A stretch of 64,000 bases of DNA from Ascidiella aspersa (Eukaryota), in the NCBI GenBank assembly GCA_963924565.1, contig OZ004610.1, forward strand, positions 8,866,001 to 8,930,000, given 5' to 3'. This document shows, in pieces, positions 24,959-38,100 of the stretch. Made by a program: the position numbers and the translations under genes. Each line of letters starts with the position of its first letter. Within the stretch, counting starts at the first letter, position 1. The notes below the pieces were generated by a model. That model saw nothing but the letters and a program-made list of their open reading frames with translations. It was not told where the DNA came from and searched no databases.

Positions 24959-25160
24959 GGGCGCTGGTCTACAATCCTTCCACAATGCACATTATTTGGG
25001 TTGAGTGCGGGTTAGAGATTTGGGTTAGGGTAGGTCAAGTATTATTCTTAAATAATATAATAACTTGAGTACTTGACCTACCTACACCCAAACGCTAACT
25101 CTCAACCTAACCCAAATATTGTGCGTTATTTTAATATTGTGGTAGGATTCTAGACCAGCG
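24959..25160. mobile_element. Fold-back MITE with telomere-like (taaccc) core, family A
   Basis: gcgctggtctacaatcc ... ggattctagaccagcg; arms are inverted copies of a gggttag-rich core. Confidence 0.8.
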
Positions 25161-25567
25161 GCACTGATCGAACTAAAGGTCAAAAGTTAACTGCGCTAGT
25201 GTAACGTATGGGAAATTCAGATCAACACTGACCTGAATTTCACTGTAAGTTGAACTGTTTTTAACGATATTAATTTGGCTAAATAACTGGTTTTTCATTT
25301 TTATACATGAAGATTGACAAATAGACAAGCAACTATTTATCGAGTGTTTTCTAGATTAGAATTTTCTATGCAAGGCAAAAAACTGTGATATATTGTGTTA
25401 TGCTTTTTGATAAAAGTATTTTGAGTACTTTGAGGGCCACCTGTTAATCTTGTCCAGTTATTTGTTTTTAAGTAGATTTTAAATCCCTCATAAGACACAA
25501 AATGCCTTTACACAACCACTAATTTTACCTCTAGCAAATTACAAGGAATATGTATATATTTCAGCTT

Positions 25568-25756
25568 GGGGTGCCGGTCTACAATCCTACGACAACAAAC
25601 ATTATTTTGGTTAAGATGCGGGTTTGGGTAGGTTAAGCAAAAGAAATAAAAAATATAATAATACTTGGAGCACCCTCACTCAAACACTAACTAACACCCT
25701 AACCCAATTATTATGTGTTGCTTTAATAATTGTTTCAGGATTCTTGACCAGCGCCC
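25568..25756. mobile_element. Family A fold-back MITE, second copy
   Basis: gggtgccggtctacaatcct ... aggattcttgaccagcgccc; agctt on both flanks. Confidence 0.8.
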
Positions 25757-26199
25757 AGCTTAGTAGTAACTTGGTAATTATTATACTTAGAACACTTTAG
25801 TGTGCCTAGTATGTACAACTGTCAAAAGTGTAGCAAGTGGACCAATGAATTTTTAATAAAATACTAAACCTACACTCCCATTTATCAAACATGGCTCTGC
25901 TTTGGGCCAGGCCCCACCATGATCTCGTCGAGTTCGGCCATACTTTCTAGATGGGACTATGCTTTGGTGGGCATTATCCTCTATACTGGAACATAAAAAC
26001 ATTTTTATAGTTTATGATTTTAAGTAAACAGAATTTCTTTTGTTTATTACACTTTTCCTGCTGTTTGATGCTGTTCCATAATTTTAGAGTAATATCAACA
26101 TAGTAACTTATCCGATCTAGTATGGATTTTATTTAACTTGCTATGCACAAAGATTGTCTGTCCTATTTGTTCAATATCTTAATCCAGTAGAGAAGAAAG

Positions 26200-29100
26200 A
26201 TGGCTGGGCTTATTAAGAAGCAAATTTTAAAGCATTTATCAAAGTAGGTTTAGTCAGATTTTCATTGAATATTAATAGTCATTTTTGTCAGTTTTAATGC
26301 TTACTACAAAACAGTTAATTTTGTGCTAAGTTGCCATTGCAATGCATTTGAAATACATACTTTTTTACAGTAAAATGAGTGCTCAAAATTCAAATGAATG
26401 CATTTTAATGAATTTATAGGTTTGCAAAAAATCTCTCTTCGGACAGCATTCAGCTGAGCACTTTGCGTGGTGAGGGCGAACTCTCAAACTTGGAACTTGA
26501 TTGTTCTGCCATACAAAACCTCATAAACCTTCCAACCTGGCTGCAAATTAACCAAGCGAAATGCAACAAAGTGCATGTCAAGGTATACGCAATATTTGCC
26601 AATTTTTCGACTTTCTTAAATGTGATTTTATGGTTACAACACAACTATTTCTCTCATCCTAGACAGAGTAATACAGAAGTATTTTACTTTTATTTTCAGA
26701 TTCCTTGGACAAAACTAAAAGGAACTGGCATTACTATTGTAAGTTGCTAGCTTTATTTCTATACAACTTAAGATTTGTGATATTGCACTGCGACAGATAT
26801 ATAATAATAAAACATCTTGTTTGTAGCATAGGAAATTTGTCTGTTTGGTCACCTAATCAAGGTTTCCACTAAAGGAAACTGATATTAGTTTGTCAATGAT
26901 TTCTGTATTTTGCTTAGTTTCTTGATGCTGTGGAACTTGATATGGTGACTTGTGAGAAACCTAGGCCACCTAATGGACCTTCGCCCATTGAGGCATCTGC
27001 TTCAAGGTCAGATTTACACCAGTATCAAATAACCATGTATATATAGCTTAGCTATTGTTGCTATAAACTCTTAGTATTTAACAATCTACCATAGATCAAA
27101 ATGAATATAATTTTATGTAAAATATTTTTTAGTTTGCAGCTTACAGTTCTAATTATACTATGCTTATAAAATTGAGTGGTTTTGCCCTTAATATTACATA
27201 TTTGAATACAGTGGAGATGCCAGTTATGGATTTATTCAAAAAGTTCTAGAAGGCATTTCTCTTCGAATCAACTCCATCAATGTAAATTTTTCTTCTGCTG
27301 TGTTTAAGGCAGAGTTTCAGGTATGCATATTAAATTTATTCTATTTACTTTCTATAACTTTTTGTTGGTAGTGAGAATAATTGTTGGCATGGCATAATAC
27401 TTAAAATGCATATTTTATGTGGTTGTTAATAAATTACAGTCCTCTTGCAAGCAAACTTGTTAACTGTAGCCGGTACACATTAACTTGTATTTGAAAAATA
27501 TTTTCTGCTAATCACAACCAACATGTTTTGTCAGTTGTCCCAACTCCTGGTTTACAGCACAAATCCCGATGGCAAGCAAGCCGACTTAAGGTTCACCAGA
27601 ATATTAAACAAAGAACTCGGACAGGTGAGGACAAAGAGACTATGTTAATGTGGTATAATTGCCATGAGCTACGAATTTATCTTTCTCTTTCCATACACTG
27701 ATTTAGATCTACTTTTTGTGTATTTCAGGTGCTGACGTTTAAAAAAGTGACATGGCAGACAATGCGTATAGCTGTGGACAGTGCAGCTTCAATTTCACCC
27801 ACTGGGATTGGTTGTGTGACCACTCCTATTCGACTCATCACAAACCAAGCACAGATAAAGATTGTTCTGAGGCGCAAGGTATCTATTCTTGTCACCACTG
27901 AATGCTTAACTTTCTATAGAAAAAATTACTATATGTTGACAGGTCTAGTGTCTACCTTTGTTTAAAATAAATATAATCAACATTCAAAATCAATCGGCTG
28001 TTGCCCTTAACATTAATAATGCATTCTAAAGTGCTTACAAACCACTTAAGTGTCTTAAGCTTTGTTGTGACTCATAAGTATAGTTCACAAATGTATTCTA
28101 TGTCAGATTTCCATGTGTAAAAATGCCAAAATCATAAAAAATATTTTGTTGAAAGTATTCCCGCTATTCTCTATACCTTTTGGACATTTGAGAAATTTTT
28201 ATATTCCTGTGATTAGATTAAACAAAATACCAAAATTAGTTTAACAAAATGCTTTTAATGCCATAAAAGATCCAGTGATCAATTTTATGAATTGATTTTT
28301 GGTTTCTTTTAATTTCATGCATTTTGCGTTTTCTAGGTGTCTGACCTCTCAGTCATTGCCTCACAACTACAAATGCAGTTTGACGACCTTTTGTGGGTTC
28401 TTACGGATGCCCAAGTCCAGTCTGCTTTGCTCTGTGTCAAGTCGATTCGTGAAACCATTGAACGCTCACAACAGCAGAGCAAGCAAAACACTGCTAACTC
28501 AGCCAATGCAAATCTGGTAATGCTTGTATATCTTGTATAACATTAAACAGGTGGGCATCCTACAATGCTCTGCGTAAAGTATGCATTGAGTGTTATTTCC
28601 TTGTAAAACTACATTGTATACTTATCAGTGGATTAAATGCACCCTTTAATAATTCATTTTCCAATACTTGAGTTTAATGAAACCAACTAATACCAATTAC
28701 CTAACTATTTTTTTAAATTGCTTTTGTCTGGTAATTTAGAAGCGTTTATATGGGGTTGCAAAATCCCAAAACATAGAAATTCTTGTCAAACACTGTACAA
28801 CTTGTTAACATAATAATAAAAAATCATCACCTGTCATTTGCTTTTGGCCCACTAAATTTATGTATTTATTTATTTTGTTCTATTGCAATGTTTAATATGC
28901 CACAGTCACTCAGTCAGTGACACTTTTAATACTGCAAATAATACAATGTTATAATATCCTGTTTGATCCTGCAATGCCATGTTTAGACTAGGTATTGTTC
29001 TTTATTTTCCTAGTGAAATTAACTGGCCTTGGTTTGTTTTTCTAACAATTTCTGTGCTGGTGAATTAGTTCACATTTTTGGATGCTATGTTTTAATGTTG

Positions 29101-32100
29101 TTGTAGCTTTTTATAAAGTTGATAAACCCCTCTATCGTGGCTTCAATTGACCTACATCCTTCATATTAAAACAGTGTTCTGTTAACAAGGTTGCTGTGTG
29201 GTCACTAAAACATGTTGATTGTCAGTTGTCAATAATGCTTAATCTATTACTTTTATTGAAATGTTTTTTTGTGTATAGCTACATAAAAAATAGCACAAAA
29301 ATGCTACCACTATAATGTTTTCCTATTGTTGGCAACAAAAACTTTGCAATTACCACGATGTAACCATTGTAACAGCAATGCTAATCTCTTGTTGTTTCAG
29401 GCTGCTTCCCCGACCAACATCCAGCTCCCAGAGTCTGTGCCCGCCTCACCAACCAGTGATCAGTATTTCCTCACTCACAACATACAAGAAACCTCGTTTC
29501 ACATTGACATCGACCGCATTGACTTGCACATTTGCGACGATGGTTCAAATAATAACAAAGAAGGTAATAAGGATTGAATGTACAAAAGCAGTATAAATAT
29601 TTTTAATTGTGTCTTTTTTATTTGTTATGTGTTTAAACTGTTAAAGCATTTAGATGCCATGATTGGGGTTACACTTTTCCTACTTTTATTTTCTAAATTG
29701 TTCCAGTTAATGAAATAGTTGAATTGCTAACAAAGAATAGCAAATAACATAAGAACATTAAATATAGAATAAATTTTATATATTAAATAGTTAGGTGGCT
29801 ACTAACTGGTAATAATATAACGTCACCTTTCAAAGCAAGTAAAATGTACAAAACATGTTTGATAAGGTAAATTTGTTGTTACAGCCACCTACAAAAAGGT
29901 GGTTGAAGGAGGGGCTATTCTGGTTACACTACACTCACTCAAGTTGGATCACTACCCTTATCACAAAGCAGGCAAATATGTTGTTTCAAGATTTTTGCTT
30001 GAGTTCCTTTTTTTAACCATACTAGCAAGATGTAATCCACCACACACATTGTGGGAGTTAATATTCCTGCAGTAGCATTGTCACCAGCTTTGGAGCAACA
30101 TAATTGACAGTTGTCTACCTTAAAATATAATCAACCAATCCATCAATTCGATCTGTTCTGTGATAAATATTCTTTTTGGCCTATGGTTAATAAATTTTTG
30201 TCAGAATGAATACTTCAGTTTAACCTTTTTTAAGAAATGTTTGGTTTAATTATACATGTGAACATTGCTTACCATTTTGTTTGGTAGATTGTTTAAGTTC
30301 AGAACAATGAAGGAACAATAAGATTATTCACCTCACTGGAAGTAAATGCTTTTCTGAACACCTGATTGGCTTTTTAATTCACTACCCTAAAATTATTTGA
30401 AAGTTTGGTTGTTTAACAGGAAAAAGTCGTAAACACTTTCGAGGCTATAATGAGATACTGTCATCGCGGGACAAATGGGCAGATGAGAACATTAATCAAT
30501 TTAGGAAAGATTTTTTGGAATTAAAGAAAGCAGCAATTGCGGCAGGCCACATTGGTAGGTTTGTTTGTAGTAAATTACCAGCATGTTGTCCAAATTTTTA
30601 TAGATGCCTTTAAAAACTGTTTAGTTTTTCGTTAAGAACAAAATAATATAAAACAGGACTGCCCAACCATTCCCGTATTTAGGGTTATTTTGTTTAACAA
30701 CTGAACAGATTCAAGCACTAAAAAAGTAAGTTTTTTAATGAAAAGCACCTAATGAAATTATAAATGACCAACACAACAATTGTTTACCATTTGGATTAGT
30801 TGTTGGGTCATTTTAAGCAAAATTGAACATAATTTTGTAAAATAGAAGATAATTATTGCAAGACAGAGGACTTATAAAGGGCTAGTCTTAAATTATCTTA
30901 GGTAATTTACTAATTGGTGGCTTATGACTGCTGCTACTAGTCTTTTTTTTATACCCACAGCAAAACAAGCCTGTTCGGTAAATAGCATTGAGATATTTTG
31001 AATTGTTTTAGCCTCACCTAATAATTCGAAGCTGCTGGAAAGTTGTTTTGTGGCAAGATTAGGCGATTTGGAAGTCGGGCAGGTGGGTTGTTACTTAATA
31101 AGCTACAGTAATTTTAATTTTAAATTACTATTCTACATATAAGATTCAGTGATGCAGGGTTTCAGCTGGTGACTTGGTTATATTAAGCTAAATGTCGTTT
31201 ATACAACACACTGTTTTTTTATTGAAATTTCTCAAATTACTTATTATCCAGCCATTTTGCTGTACATTTAATTGTATTGTAACAAAATTTAAATATACAT
31301 TGCTTTGAAATTTAATGGAATAATTTAGCGAAGTAAATTTAATTAGGCTATTTACCAGTCAACACTGATTTCATTTGAACGGAAAATTAAATGAATAAAT
31401 TTGTAAATTTAAGCGAAATGTATTTATAATTCTATGTTACATTATTTGTTAAAGAAGGGTAATATACAATGTGGTAATTGCTTTAGCCTACTCAGCTGAA
31501 TATCAGTTATTTTCTTCCTTGTTTTTATGTATAATAAGTTGATGACATGTGTCTTGTTGTATAACTGTGTATGCAAACATGCTTACAGCAATTGTATCAA
31601 CAAATGTTTTGTTCAAAGTGCATGACTCAGCTGATTGATTAATTGCCCCAAATCTAGTTCATTGACTGCATATTTATGGCTACTAGGAATTGATTTTATG
31701 TTGCGATACCTGCATAAGTGCATCCATTTTTAGACATGATGGCCTTGGTTTTTATATTAATCATTTACTTACATAGTTGCCATTTTATGACAGTCTTTTA
31801 ATGGCGAACTTTTCATCATATTATTTATTCGCTTTTTTGTGAAACAATGTCAAACTAGAAGGTGTAAGTAATACATTAAATAACATATTTGGGAGGTTTG
31901 TCTAACTAATACAAAGGATAACTGTTTTTTTACCTTGGCAGCAGCCATTATATTTTGTTTGCATATCAAATCATTATTTGTACGTTTATTTCTGGCGAGG
32001 CAACACATTGTTCACTGATAAACTGGCAGCTGAATGCTCAATTGACATTTTGACATGTCTGAACTACACAGTTTTTGCATTTTTTAACCCTAAAATGTGC

Positions 32101-35100
32101 TTTTAAAGTATAAAAAAAAACTTTTAATTGTGATTGTCATTCAGGTTTCCTCATCTTCGGATAAAGAACGTTCCAGCAACAAAATTGTTTCTTCTCAGCG
32201 AAAAGAACTCCTTTTACCTGAAGACATGCCACTGGCGTGTGCAGTGTTCACTGATTATTTCTTTCCCGATGGAAGAAACTACCCAGGTAATGTCTGGGAA
32301 AATGTAAAATTAAGTTTCTACTATTTTCTAAACAAGTATTTTTGTATCACTGAAGTTTAAATATAGTGCGATTAATATATTTTTTAAGTCAAGTCTTATC
32401 TACAAAACAACAATCTAGTTTGGATCCTTTAACGTTTTTTTCAGCAAAATACTTCTTATTTTTTTCCATAGGCCAGAAATAAATGGAATTTGACCCGAAA
32501 GACCTTATATGAAAAGCAGACACAAAACTTAGTTAAGTCAAAAATGACAAAAATATGCCAAAAAAGGGACACTTAATTGTCAGTCTAGTTGTGTATTACA
32601 GGTATTCAGGTCATGATAAAGTAATTTTGCCTCGGGCCAATTTTAAAAGCAGACATCAAAAAGCACTTGAAATACAGTTGGTGGCTGAATTCGAAAGAAA
32701 CACTGGATAACAAGTGTTTAATTTAGTTGCACATACATTTTGTCCTGTAAATAACCACGCCTGACATGCAATTCGCAACCTCAGCACGACACAACAGCAT
32801 CTTATTTTTTTAGACAAGTAATTTTACTTAGGATAAGGTTGGTTTATCTTAAACAGTTTATTTTGTAATAAAATTCACTTCAACTTAGTTAGTAACTCTT
32901 TTAAAAAAACACTATTAAAACTTTCCGTGACCCTTACAGAGCATTTTAAGAAGCTCCAGTGTTGTAAACAATTCGGAAATACTTAAGCCCCAGTCAAGTC
33001 ATTTGTAAAATAACTTAAGTCCAAGTCAATTTTTTTTAAATAAATGACGAGTCAAGTCATAATTAAAGCAAGTCGATTCCAAGTGACTTAGGTCAAGTCA
33101 TTGACTTAAGTCATTACAACATTGAGAAGCCCTGATCCGACCCAGCAAGCCTAACCCGAAACCTTGTGTCTATCTCAGCACCACACAACAACATCTTCGT
33201 GCGAGTGAACGCGCCTCGCATCTGGTGCCACTGGCCGTCCTTCCTCTGGTGCAACCAGCTCGCCCTCTCCACACTCAAGTCCGTCCAGAAGATGCTTGAC
33301 GACCTGGGCGTTGTCATGGCAACAGGGGACCCGAAGGAGGAAGACCATGTCGACATAAGGATCGAGACCTTGATGCCGAAGGTACACGTTGCTTTCAGGG
33401 TTTCAAAGTGCAGGGGTTCGCAGCCTTTTTTACACCGTGGCACCCTTTAAAAAATTTGAGAAATCAATGCCCCCTTGTTTGTTTCCTGTCTTAGTATTTA
33501 TGATAGAAACGGTCAATGTTAATGTTTTATCATCCATTTGGCAATATTTACAATGTATAGGTGATTTTTACCTGATTTGTTATTGAATGTATCCTCTTCA
33601 GAAGAGTAATAACTTTTACGTTTATTTTACTGCCATAGATATTCGTCCCATCACCAATTGATAATGATGATCCAAACTCGCCTGAAGGACTGGAGATACA
33701 AATATCGCAAGCTGCCGGTATAATGCAATTCTTTTATACTATTTACAGGATGTGCGATTTTGTTTATAATTCCCAATGACTTCAATTAGCAATATGTTTC
33801 CTGTATGCCAACTGCGAGCGACATTTAAACAAATGTTTTACTTTTTAGTTACAAATTGCAGAAGAGGGGAAAACAGCTCACGCAAGTCACTCCTTCTTTT
33901 GTTACAAACCGTCGAAAAACTGTTTATCGCCAAGTAAGTCGAACACAATTTCACCCGAATTGTTGAAGCGAAAATCACTCAGCCTCTCTCTTTTGTGTTT
34001 GATAGAAACCCAACAACGTTTCCGCAAGAGTCCGGCCAAGACCTCGACTTTCTCCACCGATGTTTGCGAACTCACGCGGAGGGCAAGGATATTCCGGTGA
34101 AGATTGCTTGCTCGTCCCCGTTGCCACAACTGATAGGTAAAACAAGCGATTGAATATTCCTAAACACATGTCCTAACCGAATGCATAGGAACCGGACTCA
34201 AATTCCAGGGCGTTAGGTTGTTTGTAGTCAGTGGAAAATTACTTATTAATTAGATAAAAAATGTGCGCTTAGATAACATCTGTTGACTTTTATCACTAAG
34301 CCAACAATTCCTCTTTTCAAAATGTGATTTTCGCGCCTTTAGACTAAAAAAGTTTCCATTGAAATGGACAAAACGTAACAATAAATAGAATAACATTTCC
34401 TAAAACATTAAAAACATAGTTTAGTGATTCTATGGCCTCGTGCCTATGGTAATTCAGGAAAGTTTTAAATACTTTGGGTTAACTAAGATTGTGCTACAGA
34501 AATTATTTTGCACATGTATTGATAGCTTGGTCAAATTCCAGGGCGCTTTGACGCCCTACGAGCAATCCATGGCGTCTAAAAACCTTCTGCACACCCACGT
34601 CCCATGTCCTAACGATCTACAACCCTCAGTTTAATAAAGACTTGCCCTTTCAGGCTCTGCCCTGAAGCAAAAAGCCTACCAAGATGTCTGGTCGGTTTGG
34701 TTGCGGCAGGTTTGGATCGACTTCGTCATGAAGCCGCAAACCGCCGATGCTTCCAACCCAAACTTATCTCCGAGCAGCAACTCGCACAGGACTTGTCCGT
34801 TCATCGACTCGCTCCCAATTTTCATGTGGATCGCTAAAACCGACGTCGACGACCCGAAGCCGCTGAAGGCGAATTCCGATGAAGGTCTTGTGTTGCGTCC
34901 GAAGCAATCCGAGTCGACGCCGATTCCCAAGGACGAAAAACAGTTCGAAGTTGAGGAAAGCACACTTGCCGGACTTGATCACGTGATATCTTACGATCAA
35001 GACCGAAAGGTCAAGTTCAAAGGGTCAAAGGTCGCGAAAAGCAACGGCGTTTATCAAAGCAATTCGCTGCCGTCGCTGGATACTGACGGCTTTATGGCGG

Positions 35101-38100
35101 AACAGTTGCCTGTCGCCACATCTTCTATGTCGTCTGGTGAGTTAGGTCAGCAAACCAAAAACAATGATTCTATTCACTCGTTGGAAGAAGAGCCTGGCCG
35201 GAAGTCTCGGCCTAAAAACAAGATGCTCCTGGATTTTTATAGAGGTACCATAGAAGGTTTGTTGATGTTGTAGTTTTTAATTTGCGTGTTTTGCATGACA
35301 AATTCCCGGTCACTATGATTGATTGTGATTGCATGTTGTAGAAGTTGCTATTTTCTATAGATTTTAACTAATTAACTGGTGCACACACACTTTAATTTTT
35401 TTTATTACACCTACGTTTTTAGAACTAGACTATCTGAGATAGACCGTAAATTGTTTTTTACCATTGTTTTATTGGTAAGGTAGTTTCTATTACTCTGTGC
35501 AAAAAGGGATGGTAACTGTAGAATATTCCATCTATTTTTCCCAACCCTTTATATTCCTAATTTTTAACTGTAAGTTTCAGCTTTGTTTTGTTACTAACTA
35601 ACTCTTTTGCATGGTGGCTATGTTGATTAATTTGATATAAGAGATATGTTTGTTTTGTTTCTGCTTCTATCGCCAGATTTTTACACTTAGCAGATCAATG
35701 ACAACCATATTTGCGCTTTTAAGAATCTCCCGTCGAAACCCCTCTTCCCAAACCTTCCACCATCGATGGACCCGCCTCTACTTATATATTAGTGGACACG
35801 GACAGTGTAAGTAGAAGAATACATCCACTGTTTCTTGTATGCTTGAACATGTATGTTGTAACCAGCCATTGAAAAATGGGGCAAAAATTATTTCAAAAGG
35901 CACAAACGTATCTTACTTTGATATTTTTTTAATTTGTTTTCGTAGCATCTGCGATTGATGCTTGACCACTATCAGTTTCTCTTTCTTCTGCGATTGGCCG
36001 AATCAATGGAAAGTATCGGAGAGAAGGTTTACAATGACACAGACGCCATACTTTCCGACAAGTCGTCTTCGTGTGTAACCCTGAATATAACGTATGTATG
36101 ATAGTGATACCAATATTTAAGTACATAATTCACTGGCAGAGAACGGGCCGCTTTAGGAAAGGACGTTTTGTAATAAGATGCTGCAAGTTTATCCTGAACT
36201 GGAAGTGAAGGGTGTCATTGTAGAGAAGTCTTTGTAAATGGCCGTATTTGTCTAATTCTAAACAGAGGAATCAAGTGACACTTGTAAAGACAAATATTGT
36301 ATGGAACGCTCGACGTTGATGAAAAGAGCATTGATGAACCACGGTTGTGCGAAAGATTGTCGAAAATTCATTACAATTTGTCCTTACATAGTGCCACTTG
36401 ATTCCTTTTTGATTCCGGTTAATTCGATTCTGCCACTTGATTCCTTTTTGATTCCGGTTAATTCGATTCTGCCACTTGATTCCTTTTTGATTCCGGTTAA
36501 TTTGATTCTGCCGCTTGATTCCTTTTTGATTCCGGTTAATTTAAACAAAATGGTTTGTTTTTCAGTCCTCAGCCTGAAAACACGCAATCAAGCGGAGTGC
36601 GTGTTGTCCTACCCGAAGCCAGTCTCTATCTCGTCTTGGAACCGTCGCCCGAGGTAGTTTCAGATCCGCTGAAGGAGCCTTCAGACATCTCAAGCGTCAC
36701 GTCGTCCAATTACAGTAAGGACAAATTATGTACTTGAAACTAATATAAAACACACACCAAAACATAACTGAAAAATACATTTCGTATAAGTTAACTAAGA
36801 TTCCAAATCCCAAAGTAAAGGATTGCTTTTTAATCTATAAAAAAATTGCTGCATTTTTACCTTTTTTCAGTTTACCTACTGTATTTAACTACACAAATTA
36901 TGAAATTTGGTACCGTATTATACGCCCGTCCTTTTTTATAAACAATGCGGTCGTACTTTTTTTATAAACAACAGGTTTTCGGTATCGGAATACATCAAGT
37001 ATCTGATATTTCCAGGTCTAATAATATTGAGTTTCTGATCCGAGTTATATTAATAAATATGTACGAGCGTACAACTGTACTCACTTTAAATGTGAACGTT
37101 TCTTTTTAACTTGTTTAAGCAGTAATTAAACTGTCCACCGATTTTTTAACAATTCCATATTTTTCATTGTACAAAAATATCTACTGTTCAGTGTCCATCC
37201 CAAATTAGCTCACCGTTTTCTAAACAACCTTGCGTTGCAACTTAATTATTCAGGGGTGTGTCTTATACACGAAATGTAGCTGAAAGCCAGGTCAAGTCAT
37301 TTTGCCCAAAAGAAGTAAATTCAAGGCATTTGAAAACAGTGACTTAAGTGCACTTACGTCAAGTCATTACAACACTGGTTGAAACTTTACACAGCGTCTC
37401 AGAAATCCAGTTGTGGCTGAAAACATTAAAATACTGGAAAGCCTTAACAATTATTTCGCGTTGCAACCCAGGTCCCTCGCACGACCCTCTGCTGCCCAGT
37501 CCACCTGTGACGTCACCGCGACATTTGACCCCGGCGCCTTCCGAGTGCAGTTCGTCGGACACAGTCAGTATTCTGGGCGACGACATTCCCCTGTTCAGCC
37601 CTCCCGCTGTGAAGGCGCCTTACGACGAAGCGAGTCAGTCTCTCGTCGCAGCTGCTCCTACAGAGCGAGCCTCGCTGCCAGCGTCGCCAACCTTCGGTAA
37701 TTGTGCTGTTTCAGCTTTGCTCTATATCAGGAATTCTTAAACTGTGGCCTGTCGACCCCTTTGGGGTACGTAGACTAGTTTTAGGTGGTCCATAACACCC
37801 ACATGGAAATCTTGGTGTATAATATCAAAAGCAGGAAGAAAAAAACGCCTATTGTGTAGTTTTAGCTTTGGTCTATCAGGGGTTCTTAAACTGGAGTCTG
37901 AGGGTACGTAGACTAGTTCCAGGTGGTCCATAACAGAAAATAGAATCCTTGTTATATATAGTTTAATTGAAAAAAACGCTCCGGTGCCTTCTTCTTTAAT
38001 GTATTTAGGCTTTATTTCAGTTTCATATTTGTAGAACCGAAAACAGCAGGTTTCATAAGTCTGCAGCGGGTCCACGTTAAAAAAAGTTGAAGAACCACCC

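Noticed and set aside
30961-30977. Candidate 17-nt micro-exon in BLTP3 (cacag|...|gtaaat)
   Set aside because: Would shift the frame and leave a ~34-nt intron; the flanking exons join in phase without it.
36301-36657. ORFs with PLDSFLIPVNSIL repeats; CRISPR-like periodicity
   Set aside because: Translation of a 39-bp head-to-tail minisatellite; no unique spacers, eukaryotic intron.
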